The notes beneath the pieces are model-generated. The model did not search any database and was not told the DNA's origin. It saw only the letters and a list, made by a program, of their open reading frames with translations. This document shows, in pieces, positions 18,344 to 27,371 of a DNA stretch of 61,414 nucleotides. The position numbers were made by a program, and so were the translations under genes. Origin of the DNA: Phycisphaerales bacterium. Its GTDB lineage: Bacteria > Planctomycetota > Phycisphaerae > WQYP01. Numbering within the stretch: position 1 is the stretch's first letter; each line of letters opens with the position of its first letter. Location of the stretch: the NCBI GenBank assembly GCA_027451365.1, contig DAIDJN010000017.1, positions 1-61,414 of the forward strand. Reading direction: 5' to 3'.

Positions 18344-19780
18344 TCAACTGCCGCGAGCGCCAATGGTATGCACACCGAGGCTGTTGGTCGCGCCGGCAGT
18401 GCCTAGTGGAGCGCCGGCGGCAATGACGACGCGGTCACCGGTCTGCGCCCAGCCCATGCGGCGGAGTAAATCATCCACCATTGCGGGCAGGTCGTCAAAG
18501 TGTTTGGGAATTTCCGCGCACATTGGCGTGACACCAAAATAAAGCGCCATTCGCCGCACCGCAGCCGGATCGGTGGAAAGCGCCAGAATAGGAACCGGAA
18601 ACCTGTTCTTTGATAAATAGCGAGCCGACCCGCCCGCCTGCGACCAAACCACGACCAGCCGGGCATTGACATCCTTGGCAATAGCCAGCGCGCCATGGGC
18701 GATCGCAGCAGTCCGGTGAAAGCTCATTTGCAGCAGCTTGGGGGGGCGCGTTTCGATTCCCTTGGCGACAATGTACTGTTCAGCCTTGCGGGCAATGTCA
18801 TTAAGCGCGGCCACGGCTTCCCGTGGATATTTTCCGACCGCGGTTTCGCCGGAAAGCATGACCGCATCGGCACCATCGAGAATGGCGTTGGCCACATCGG
18901 AAACCTCCGCGCGCGTTGGAGTTGGATTATCAATCATGGACTGAAGCATCTGCGTGGCGACAATCACAGGTTTGCCCGCCTCATGCGCGGCCGCAATAAT
19001 CGCCTTCTGAATAAACGGGACGGCCGTTAATTCCATTTCCACGCCCATGTCACCGCGGGCCACCAGCACTCCGTCGGAAACCTCCACAATGGCTGATATT
19101 TCGTCCACCGCCTGTGGCATTTCAATTTTTGAAATAATATCCATGTCGCTGTGCTGGCGATCCAGGTACCGCCGCACGGTCTGCACATCTTCGCTGGTGC
19201 GCACAAAGGAAAGCGCCAGATAATCGAGTTTATTGGCAATCGCCCAGTCGATATCCTTCCAGTCTTTTTCCGTGATACTGGGAATAGACAAGCGCGTATG
19301 CGGCAGGTTAAGGCCCTTGTTGGACTGAATCAGTCCGCCTGTAGTGATGCGGCACCGAAGCATATCCGATTTCTTGTCAATCACTACGCAGCGGATCATG
19401 CCATCGTCAATAAGAATTTTCTGATCCAACTGCACGTCATCCACCAGACAGGCGTAATTGGAACTTACCACATTGTCCCGTCCCAGGACCGGCTCGCGAA
19501 CAATGGATATTTCATCACCGGCGGCGACGCGCATTCCGCCCTCCACCACTTTGCCCAGGCGAATCTTTGGACCGCAGACGTCCCCCAGAATTGCCATGGG
19601 CGGCGCATCGATGGCCGATCGGGCAGTCTGAAGAAACTGTTGTCGCTGAACCAGGTCGCCATGTGAAAAATTCAGACGCACCACGGAAACCCCCTCATGC
19701 ACGAGTTGGGCGAATACCGCCGGATCGGCACATGCAGGTCCCATGGTAATAACGGTTTTAGTTCGGGGCTTGGTAAGCAT
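18344..19780 (-). CDS. pyk: Pyruvate kinase
   Basis: RTKTVITMGPA, RLNFSHG, GPKIR, SKIE, VARGDMGVE, ATQMLQSM, PTRAEVSDVANA, MLSGETA. Confidence 0.97.
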   Translation of the reverse strand: MLTKPRTKTVITMGPACADPAVFAQLVHEGVSVVRLNFSHGDLVQRQQFLQTARSAIDAPPMAILGDVCGPKIRLGKVVEGGMRVAAGDEISIVREPVLGRDNVVSSNYACLVDDVQLDQKILIDDGMIRCVVIDKKSDMLRCRITTGGLIQSNKGLNLPHTRLSIPSITEKDWKDIDWAIANKLDYLALSFVRTSEDVQTVRRYLDRQHSDMDIISKIEMPQAVDEISAIVEVSDGVLVARGDMGVEMELTAVPFIQKAIIAAAHEAGKPVIVATQMLQSMIDNPTPTRAEVSDVANAILDGADAVMLSGETAVGKYPREAVAALNDIARKAEQYIVAKGIETRPPKLLQMSFHRTAAIAHGALAIAKDVNARLVVVWSQAGGSARYLSKNRFPVPILALSTDPAAVRRMALYFGVTPMCAEIPKHFDDLPAMVDDLLRRMGWAQTGDRVVIAAGAPLGTAGATNSLGVHTIGARGS

Positions 19781-20032
19781 AACGTCGCATTTCCATAAAA
19801 TCCGGTCACCCTGCCATGACGGGAATTGGCAACAAATTCATCAGGCCGCAATCCACTTGTTAGCACCGTCGGTCATTTTAGTGGCCCGACTGCGCAAACT
19901 CCCTTCCGCCTTGCCCCTACTTCACCGCATAAGGCATGATTCTGTCAACCTTTAAGGTTTAATTTATCCTGTAACATTCCTTTCCATCGGGAATTTTTCG
20001 CGATTCGGCCGCAAATCAGAATGCCTCACTTA

Positions 20033-21826
20033 TTACGCCTTGACCGTACGGGCCGATGGCAAAACCGCAATTCCCAATTCAAGGAGTTGTCGGGTATCGG
20101 CGGCACTAGGGGCACCTGTCATCAGGTCGCCGCCGCTTTGCGTTTTCGGAAACGCAATGACATCGCGAATGCTTTGCCGGTTCAGCATGAGCATAATCAG
20201 CCGGTCAAGCCCCAGCGCGATACCACCATGGGGTGGGGCACCAAAACGCAAGGCATCAAGCAGAAAGGCGAATTTCCTTTCCGCCTCTTCCGGGCTGATA
20301 CCCAGCATTGAAAACACCTTGGACTGAAGATCTCGCTGATGAATACGAATTGATCCGCCTCCAATTTCGATACCATTCAGGACAATATCATAAGCTTTGG
20401 CCCGCACGTGCTCGGGATTTGAATCCAGCATCCCGATATCTTCATCAAGCGGCGCAGTAAACGGATGATGGCGGGCAATCAGCCGCCCGGCCACCGCGTC
20501 GCGTTCAAAACTCGGAAAATCCACAACCCAAAGGAAGTTGTGTTTGTCGGCAGGGATTAAATTCAATTGACGAGCCAGAATCTGGCGAACTTCGCCGAGC
20601 ACACGCCAGCAGATTTCCTGTTTATCGGCCACAGCGAGCAACAGATCGCCATCCTGGGCACCGGTCAATTTCCGAATTTCGGCCTGATGCTCCGCCGCGA
20701 CGAACTTGGCAATTGGCCCCCCCATTGCGCCAGCCCCCGCTTCGCCGCCAAGCTTGGCCCAGGCCAGCCCTTTGGCGCCGAATTTTTTTGCGTCATCAGT
20801 CAGCGTGTCCAACTGTTTGCGGGTCAGTGCCGCACCGCCTGGCACACACAGCATCTTCACCCGGCCGCCATCGGCGACCGCCGATTTGAACACCGCAAAG
20901 CCGGTCTGGGCGGCGATATCGCTTATGTCCACCAGTTCCAGTCCATAGCGCGTGTCCGGCCGGTCTATGCCAAAGCGATCCATCGCCTCCCGCCAACTCA
21001 TGCGCGGAAACGTCGCCGGCAGGTCGATCCCGAGCACTTGTTTCCACAGCCGGACCAGCAAACCGGTGATGAGATCAATGACGTCCTCCCGGTCCACAAA
21101 GCTTAATTCCATATCCAGTTGGGTAAATTCCGGCTGGCGGTCGGCGCGCAGGTCTTCATCGCGAAAACAGCGGGCAATCTGCATATAACGGTCTATTCCG
21201 GCGACCATCAGCACCTGCTTGAAGAGCTGAGGGCTTTGTGGAAGGGCATAAAAAGAGCCTGGACTGTTACGGGAAGGCACCAGAAATTCCCTGGCACCTT
21301 CGGGCGTACTTTTGTAAAGCATCGGCGTTTCAATTTCCAGAAAGCCATGTTCATCACAATAGTCACGCATGATTTTTGTAACCCGGTGGCGCACCGTCAG
21401 TGCTTCCGCCATCGCCCGGCCACGCAGGTCCAGGTAGCGGTATTTAAGCCGCGTGTCTTCGTTCACGCTTTCATGCTGTCCTGGTGCAAATGGGAGTGAT
21501 TCAGCCTTATTGGCCAGATGCACCTGCCGAGCGGCAATTTCAATTTCACCGGTTGGAATTTTCGGATTCACCGCGCCGGTACCGCGCAGCAGTACTTCTC
21601 CCTGTACCAGAAGAACATCTTCATGCCGAAGCTGCCGTCCGATGGCGTAACTTTCGGCCTGATCCGGATGAAACACCACCTGGACAATGCCTTGGCGATC
21701 GCGCAAATCAATAAACACCACGCCGCCATGGTCACGGTACGACTGCACCCAGCCCGCCACGGTGACTGCGCGGCCTTTATCCGTGTTCCGCAATTTTCCA
21801 CAATAGTCCGTCCGCTTTAATGTCAC
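20033..21826 (-). CDS. aspS: Aspartate--tRNA ligase (probably non-discriminating Asp/Asn)
   Basis: RDHGGVVFIDLRD, RLKYRYLDLR, TPEGAREF, ALPQSPQLFKQ, CFRDEDLRADRQPEFTQLD, HHPFT, GAPPHGGIALGLDR. Confidence 0.97.
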   Translation of the reverse strand: MTLKRTDYCGKLRNTDKGRAVTVAGWVQSYRDHGGVVFIDLRDRQGIVQVVFHPDQAESYAIGRQLRHEDVLLVQGEVLLRGTGAVNPKIPTGEIEIAARQVHLANKAESLPFAPGQHESVNEDTRLKYRYLDLRGRAMAEALTVRHRVTKIMRDYCDEHGFLEIETPMLYKSTPEGAREFLVPSRNSPGSFYALPQSPQLFKQVLMVAGIDRYMQIARCFRDEDLRADRQPEFTQLDMELSFVDREDVIDLITGLLVRLWKQVLGIDLPATFPRMSWREAMDRFGIDRPDTRYGLELVDISDIAAQTGFAVFKSAVADGGRVKMLCVPGGAALTRKQLDTLTDDAKKFGAKGLAWAKLGGEAGAGAMGGPIAKFVAAEHQAEIRKLTGAQDGDLLLAVADKQEICWRVLGEVRQILARQLNLIPADKHNFLWVVDFPSFERDAVAGRLIARHHPFTAPLDEDIGMLDSNPEHVRAKAYDIVLNGIEIGGGSIRIHQRDLQSKVFSMLGISPEEAERKFAFLLDALRFGAPPHGGIALGLDRLIMLMLNRQSIRDVIAFPKTQSGGDLMTGAPSAADTRQLLELGIAVLPSARTVKA

Positions 21827-21913
21827 TGAAAATTCCTTTCAAGCCAGCTTGAATATAACCTTAATTTTCCGCTGCGACAGTGCTCCAGTTGCGCACACGG
21901 CTTTCCTGTCCGC

Positions 21914-22990
21914 CTAACGGCCGCTAATCCAATGTTTCACCAGCGGCAGTACCGGTTCGCCCTGAAGCGAATAGGCCCCATAGTGCGTCGGCCGCGTGCC
22001 GGGCCACCATTCCCAGAAGAAAACACCCGCGAACAGACCCGGTGGCTGATGCCGCCAGACGCGAATATATGCCTCATAGGCGCGCGCCTGCACACCCGGT
22101 TCAATCCGCCCGGTACCAACATAGTCCCAGGGTTTTTCCAGAGTATTCTGTAAGTTATCCCACCCGGTCTCGGTAATCAGCAGAGGCTTGCGCATTCTGC
22201 GGGCGTACGCCAGCAGATTCCGCTGAATCGGCCGCCAGGTCGCCATAATTTCACCCACCGGTGTATGCGGGTTTCGCCCCAGATCGTAATACGAATTCAT
22301 GCCGATATAATCTAATTCCTTCCATATTTTGACAGATCCGTAATGGTCCCAGTTGGAACTGTAGGTTAATTTACCGTGAAATACGCGCCGCACCGCAGCC
22401 ACAATCCGCAGCCATTGCCGCTGATGACTTTCGCTGGTAAGCAATTCGCTTCCCACCGAAAAAATCTTCACGTGGCCGGCCTGTGCCCATCGTGCGGTTC
22501 GCACAATATAACGCCTGTATCCGGCAAACCAGATTGGCCAGCTTTTTGGGGTAATCGCACCGCGCCATTCCGAGCCGGTGGCATGATCCAGCAGGACAAT
22601 GGGCATCATCATCGCCTGCATATGAAGGGTATGGGTGTATTGTAAAAGTGCGCGAATATCCACCGGTGAAAGCGAATGCTTCGCATCCAACTCAATATGT
22701 TCGGCAGTCATGCCTTTCTGACGGGAATTGACCACCAGATTTACCCAATTGCACCCCATGGCTTTCAAATGCCGCAGAGATCGTTCATAAACCGCCAGAT
22801 GCCCCGGAAGGCATAACTGCATGCAGAAGCCCCGAATGGGCGGCAAGCCCGGCAATGGGAAATGCAGCGGCGGTGTGGCTTCCGCAATCCGGCGACTTTT
22901 GCTGGAACTGGCCATGCCAATCAGGAGCACACTGATAAACATGAGCATCAGGGATGCGGCAATCAGCCATCTGGTTGGTTTGGGGAGCAT
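21914..22990 (-). CDS. GH113-like TIM-barrel glycoside hydrolase with N-terminal signal/anchor
   Basis: GCNWVNL, WRGAI.P..W..WF..Y, SVGSEL, LTYSSNWD, DYIGMNSYY, LLITETG, GVFFWEW. Confidence 0.75.
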   Translation of the reverse strand: MLPKPTRWLIAASLMLMFISVLLIGMASSSKSRRIAEATPPLHFPLPGLPPIRGFCMQLCLPGHLAVYERSLRHLKAMGCNWVNLVVNSRQKGMTAEHIELDAKHSLSPVDIRALLQYTHTLHMQAMMMPIVLLDHATGSEWRGAITPKSWPIWFAGYRRYIVRTARWAQAGHVKIFSVGSELLTSESHQRQWLRIVAAVRRVFHGKLTYSSNWDHYGSVKIWKELDYIGMNSYYDLGRNPHTPVGEIMATWRPIQRNLLAYARRMRKPLLITETGWDNLQNTLEKPWDYVGTGRIEPGVQARAYEAYIRVWRHQPPGLFAGVFFWEWWPGTRPTHYGAYSLQGEPVLPLVKHWISGR

Positions 22991-23315
22991 GGTTCCGATA
23001 TTCGCCCTTTCTACGCGAAAACAGTTATCTTCGGGCAAGTCGCCCCTTCTTGCAAACTCCCAACAACCCAACGATCGGCCCGAGGGTATTCCTGGTTTGC
23101 GGCAAAACAGACGGTTTGGCATTCCGCTTTGGGCTTTTTAATGCGCCTGGGCGCTTTTCGCATGAATCGGATCCCCCTTGACGCCAGAGCGATGAAAAAA
23201 CCTGAAGTTCAACGCCCGGAGCCGGTATTGTTCGGGTGGCAGGCTTCTGCTACCATTTACGATGGTTTGAATTTAAGGCAGCGCGCCGGCAACGCACCGC
23301 TTGGGATACGCTTTT

Positions 23316-24065
23316 ATGGATATTCGGCAACTCATTCTCCCTTCCGGAATCGGCTTGAGTCATCTTCGCGTCTATGACGAACCCGGACCGGACGGATTGA
23401 TTACTGGTGGCGCTCACTTTCATGGCGTCTGTTCGGAAATTTATTATGTCCTCTCCGGTACCGGTTACGTGGAGCTTCTTTCGCTTAATGGTTATCAGAA
23501 GATTGAGCTTCAGCCCAATAAAGTCGTCTTCTTTCGGCCCGGCGTTATTCACCGCTTGGTCAATCCGAATAAAAACCTGGAAATTCTGCTGATTATGCAG
23601 AACGGCGGCCTGCCGGAACGCGGTGATTTCATCCTGACATTCACGCCGGATATTATGGCAGACACGACCGCCTACGTCGCAGCCGCCCGGGCCGCAAATA
23701 TGACCGAGGCCCTGGCGCGCCGCAATGCAGCCAATATCGGATTTAACGACCTGCGGGACACCATGCTGGCGGATACAAACAATGGACGACGGAAACTGCG
23801 GGAGTTTTACGATCATGCCCGTCGGCTTCTGCTGCCCAAAGTGGATGGATTTGAATGGGTATTAAAATCCGGATCGCTGTATGAGGCTAAAAACAGCCAC
23901 GATGCAATCGATTTTATCCGCAACAATCACATGGAATATCTGGAAAAGGCGACCTGGGAAGGAATTTACCCCATGAACGAGCCGCTGCGTCAGGGCACGT
24001 CCGGAACCATGCACCCATACGCTGTTCAGGAAAGCCTGAGCGCAGAGGGACAGCGCGTCGCCTGA
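23316..24065 (+). CDS. Cupin-domain protein
   Basis: GAHFHGVCSEIYYVLSGTG and PGVIHRLVN cupin motifs, followed by LIMQNGGLPERGD. Confidence 0.8.
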   Translation: MDIRQLILPSGIGLSHLRVYDEPGPDGLITGGAHFHGVCSEIYYVLSGTGYVELLSLNGYQKIELQPNKVVFFRPGVIHRLVNPNKNLEILLIMQNGGLPERGDFILTFTPDIMADTTAYVAAARAANMTEALARRNAANIGFNDLRDTMLADTNNGRRKLREFYDHARRLLLPKVDGFEWVLKSGSLYEAKNSHDAIDFIRNNHMEYLEKATWEGIYPMNEPLRQGTSGTMHPYAVQESLSAEGQRVA

Positions 24066-24114
24066 GTTGTATGAATATTATGATTAAATAATTCGGTGGA
24101 AGGATCAATTCATT

Positions 24115-25149
24115 ATGAATGCGGAACCTGTTGTAGCAGTCGTTGGTGCCACCGGCGCTGTGGGTGTGGAATTTCTGGCCTGTCTGGAACAGCGACATTT
24201 TCCAGCAGGGCAGCTTCGACTGCTGGCGTCTGCCCGGTCGGCGGGAAAAAGCATGCAGTTCCGTGGACAAGCCATTCAGGTGGAAGAATTGACCGCTGAA
24301 AGTTTCCACGGTGTGGATATAGCTCTGTTTTCCGCGGGCGGATCCATCAGTAAAAAATTCGGCCCGATTGCCGTGGCGGCGGGCGCTGTGGTGGTGGACA
24401 ACAGTTCGGCATTCCGCATGGACCCGAACGTACCGCTGGTAATTCCTGAAATAAACCCGGAAAAAGTGGCTGATCATAAAGGTATTATCGCAAATCCGAA
24501 CTGTTCAACCATTATTGCCATTGTGCCGCTCTGGCCCTTGCACAAGGTCAATAAAATCCGTCGGCTTATTGCCGCCACTTATCAGGCCGCCAGCGGTGCC
24601 GGAGCGGCGGCCATGGAAGAATTGCGGGCAAGCACGCGTGCGGCGCTGGATGGCAAACCGTACGCCCACACAGTTCTTCCGCACCCTTACGCGTTCAATC
24701 TTTTCAGCCACAATGCGGCCGTGGATTTATCCAACGGCTACAACGAGGAAGAGATGAAAATGGTCAAGGAAACGCGAAAAATATTCGCGGATTCAGACAT
24801 TCGTATCTCCGCCACGTGCGTGCGTGTGCCGGTGCTGCGTGCACATTGTGAAGCTTTGAATGTTGAATTCGCGGATCGAATGTCGGCCGAAACAGTCCGG
24901 GAAATTCTTTCGCATGCTCCGGGCGTAAAACTGGTGGACCATCCGGAGAAAAACTATTTTCCGATGCCACGGGATGCCTCAGGACAGGGAGACGTGCTGG
25001 TGGGACGCATTCGACAGGATATCAGCGATCCGACCGGCCGGTCTGTGGCGATGTTTGTGGCCGGGGACCAGCTTTTGAAGGGTGCCGCGTTGAATGCCGT
25101 TCAAATTGCTGAGTTGCTGCTGCCGCAGGCCGTCGCCGCCCGAACATGA
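24115..25149 (+). CDS. asd: Aspartate-semialdehyde dehydrogenase
   Basis: VVGATGAVG, VDNSSAFRM, IANPNCST, TYQAASGAG, EEMKMVKETRKI, TCVRVPV, KGAALNAVQIAE. Confidence 0.97.
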   Translation: MNAEPVVAVVGATGAVGVEFLACLEQRHFPAGQLRLLASARSAGKSMQFRGQAIQVEELTAESFHGVDIALFSAGGSISKKFGPIAVAAGAVVVDNSSAFRMDPNVPLVIPEINPEKVADHKGIIANPNCSTIIAIVPLWPLHKVNKIRRLIAATYQAASGAGAAAMEELRASTRAALDGKPYAHTVLPHPYAFNLFSHNAAVDLSNGYNEEEMKMVKETRKIFADSDIRISATCVRVPVLRAHCEALNVEFADRMSAETVREILSHAPGVKLVDHPEKNYFPMPRDASGQGDVLVGRIRQDISDPTGRSVAMFVAGDQLLKGAALNAVQIAELLLPQAVAART

Positions 25150-25264
25150 ACACGGGAACGGTCATTTCGACCAGCGCACCGCCCAAGACTCTCGCCGGTG
25201 GCAAGCTGTAGTCGTGGCCCGCTTGCCACTTACCCGCATACCTGAACCGATGGAATAGCCGTTT

Positions 25265-26065
25265 ATGCCCACGCGATATAAATTGACCATCGCCTACGAC
25301 GGCACGGCTTACAGCGGCTGGCAGCGCCAACCAGATCCGGTACGCACGGTGCAGCGCGCTGTGGAAAAGGCGGCCGGAGAAATTGTGAACCATCCGGTTA
25401 CAGTGGCTGGCTCATCGCGCACCGATGCGGGCGTACATGCCATGGGGCAGGTAGCGCAAATGGATATTACAACGCATATTGAACCCGGGCGGTTGCGGCT
25501 GGCGATCAATTCGCGGCTGCCCGCGGACATTCTAATTCGCAAACTTGAACCCGTGGAACCGGCATTTGATGTTTCCCGCGCGGTGAAAAAACGTTACCGC
25601 TATTTGATATGGGCCGACCGCGACCGGCCGGTGTTTCATCGCTATTTTGTCTATCACTTCTGGCCGCGGCTCAATCTGGGAACCATGCGTGAATCCTGTA
25701 AACTGTTTGTGGGTACACATGACTTTGCAGCTTTTCAGGGCCGTGGAGATGACCGACAAACCACCACGCGCACCATTTTTCACTGCGACATTCACCAGCG
25801 CGGTCCGCTGGTCATATTCAGCGTGGAAGGAAGCGGCTTTTTGTATCACATGGTGCGAAACATGGTTGGAACCGTCCTGGAAACAGGCCGGGGCCACTGG
25901 CCAGCCGCGCAGGTCGGGCAACTGCTGGAGGCTGGCGAACAGGGCGAATGCGGCCCGTGTGCTCCGGCCAGCGGTCTGTGCCTGCAATGGATACGCTTCG
26001 GGCCACACGCATCAGCGGAAACCCCGGCGGCAACACCAACCCTGGGATCCGACGAACGGACCTGA
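25265..26065 (+). CDS. truA: tRNA pseudouridine(38-40) synthase
   Basis: YDGTAYSGWQRQ, SSRTDAGVHA, GTHDFAAF, GFLYHMVRNMVG, APASGLCL. Confidence 0.96.
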   Translation: MPTRYKLTIAYDGTAYSGWQRQPDPVRTVQRAVEKAAGEIVNHPVTVAGSSRTDAGVHAMGQVAQMDITTHIEPGRLRLAINSRLPADILIRKLEPVEPAFDVSRAVKKRYRYLIWADRDRPVFHRYFVYHFWPRLNLGTMRESCKLFVGTHDFAAFQGRGDDRQTTTRTIFHCDIHQRGPLVIFSVEGSGFLYHMVRNMVGTVLETGRGHWPAAQVGQLLEAGEQGECGPCAPASGLCLQWIRFGPHASAETPAATPTLGSDERT

Positions 26066-26207
26066 ACGCTCGGGCCCCTTTTTCTTGCATTCGGACAGTT
26101 GGCCGCAGCATAGATTATACTGGCCTCTGTGGCAGCCGCGCGGGCAAGGGTGAACCACAGGCCGGGGCGGCGCACGGACCGTCAGCGACACTTATCGGGA
26201 AAGCAGT

Positions 26208-27371
26208 TTGACAATTGTTCATATCATCACGCGAATGATTGTGGGTGGCGCGCAGGAAAATACGCTTTTATCCTGCCGGGGCCTGCGCGAACTCGGTCAC
26301 AGGGTCATTCTTTTTACCGGACCGAGTCTTGGCCCGGAAGGATCGCTCCTGTCTAAATTTATTCAGACCGGATGTGAAATCAAGGAAATTCCATCATTGG
26401 TGCGGAATCCGAACCCGCGCGCTGAATGGCAAGCCTACCAGACCATAAAACGCGAATTAATGGCAATCAAGCCCGCAGTGGTGCACACCCATTCAAGCAA
26501 AGCGGGCATACTGGGACGTCTGGCCGCCTGGCGGCTGAACGTGCCGGCAGTTGTCCATACTGTGCACGGCCTGCCGTTTCATCCTTATCAGAATCCAGCG
26601 ATCAATCAGGCGTGGATCATGCTTGAGCGATATGCCGCTCGCCGCTGCCACAAAATAGTCTGCGTGGCCGAGGCGATGCGAACCCAGGCGATGGCGGCCG
26701 GAGTGGGCAGGCCGGAACAATATTCGATCATATACAGCGGCATGGAAATTGATCAATACATCCATCCGCAGGCCACCCGGCAAACCGCGCGCCAACGTCT
26801 GGGCATCGCGCCGGACGCCCTGGTGATTGGCACGGTGGCCCGCCTGCAACCGCTGAAAGGTCATGACGACTTATTAAAAATCGCCGACGGGCTATTTCAA
26901 CGTCACAATCGCGCACATTTTTTATGGGTGGGAGATGGCATATACAAGCAGCGTTTTTTGCGGACTATCGAACAGCGCGGCTGGCAAGGGCGTTTCACCC
27001 TGACTGGCCTGGTACGGCCCGAGGAAGTTGCAGACATTTTACCCGCGATGGATATACTGGCACATCCGAGTTATCGCGAAGGTCTGCCGCGGGCAGTCGT
27101 GCAGGGAATGCTGGCCCGGCTGCCGACGGTGGTATTCAACTGCGATGGCGCGGCTGAAGTTTGCCGGCCGGGCCAGACGGGATTTCTGGTGGAACCGGGA
27201 AATTCGCTGGAGTTGCTGGCAGCCCTGTCGGAAATGGCGGAAAATTCGGCCAAGCGGGAGAATTTCGGCCAAGCGGGAAACAGGCTCGCCGCCGATCTGT
27301 TTGACTACAGGAAAATGGTCTGCCAATTGGATGTATTGTACAGAAAGGTGCATGAGGAATATGAAAAATAA
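26208..27371 (+). CDS. GT4 family glycosyltransferase
   Basis: HIITRMIVGGAQENT, VHTHSSKAGILGR, VARLQPLKGH, REGLPRAVVQG. Confidence 0.92.
   Translation: MTIVHIITRMIVGGAQENTLLSCRGLRELGHRVILFTGPSLGPEGSLLSKFIQTGCEIKEIPSLVRNPNPRAEWQAYQTIKRELMAIKPAVVHTHSSKAGILGRLAAWRLNVPAVVHTVHGLPFHPYQNPAINQAWIMLERYAARRCHKIVCVAEAMRTQAMAAGVGRPEQYSIIYSGMEIDQYIHPQATRQTARQRLGIAPDALVIGTVARLQPLKGHDDLLKIADGLFQRHNRAHFLWVGDGIYKQRFLRTIEQRGWQGRFTLTGLVRPEEVADILPAMDILAHPSYREGLPRAVVQGMLARLPTVVFNCDGAAEVCRPGQTGFLVEPGNSLELLAALSEMAENSAKRENFGQAGNRLAADLFDYRKMVCQLDVLYRKVHEEYEK

Noticed and set aside
27028..27360. N-terminal extension of the 829-aa ORF
   Set aside because: Overlaps the GT4 gene in another frame; RBS and signal peptide point to ATG 27361
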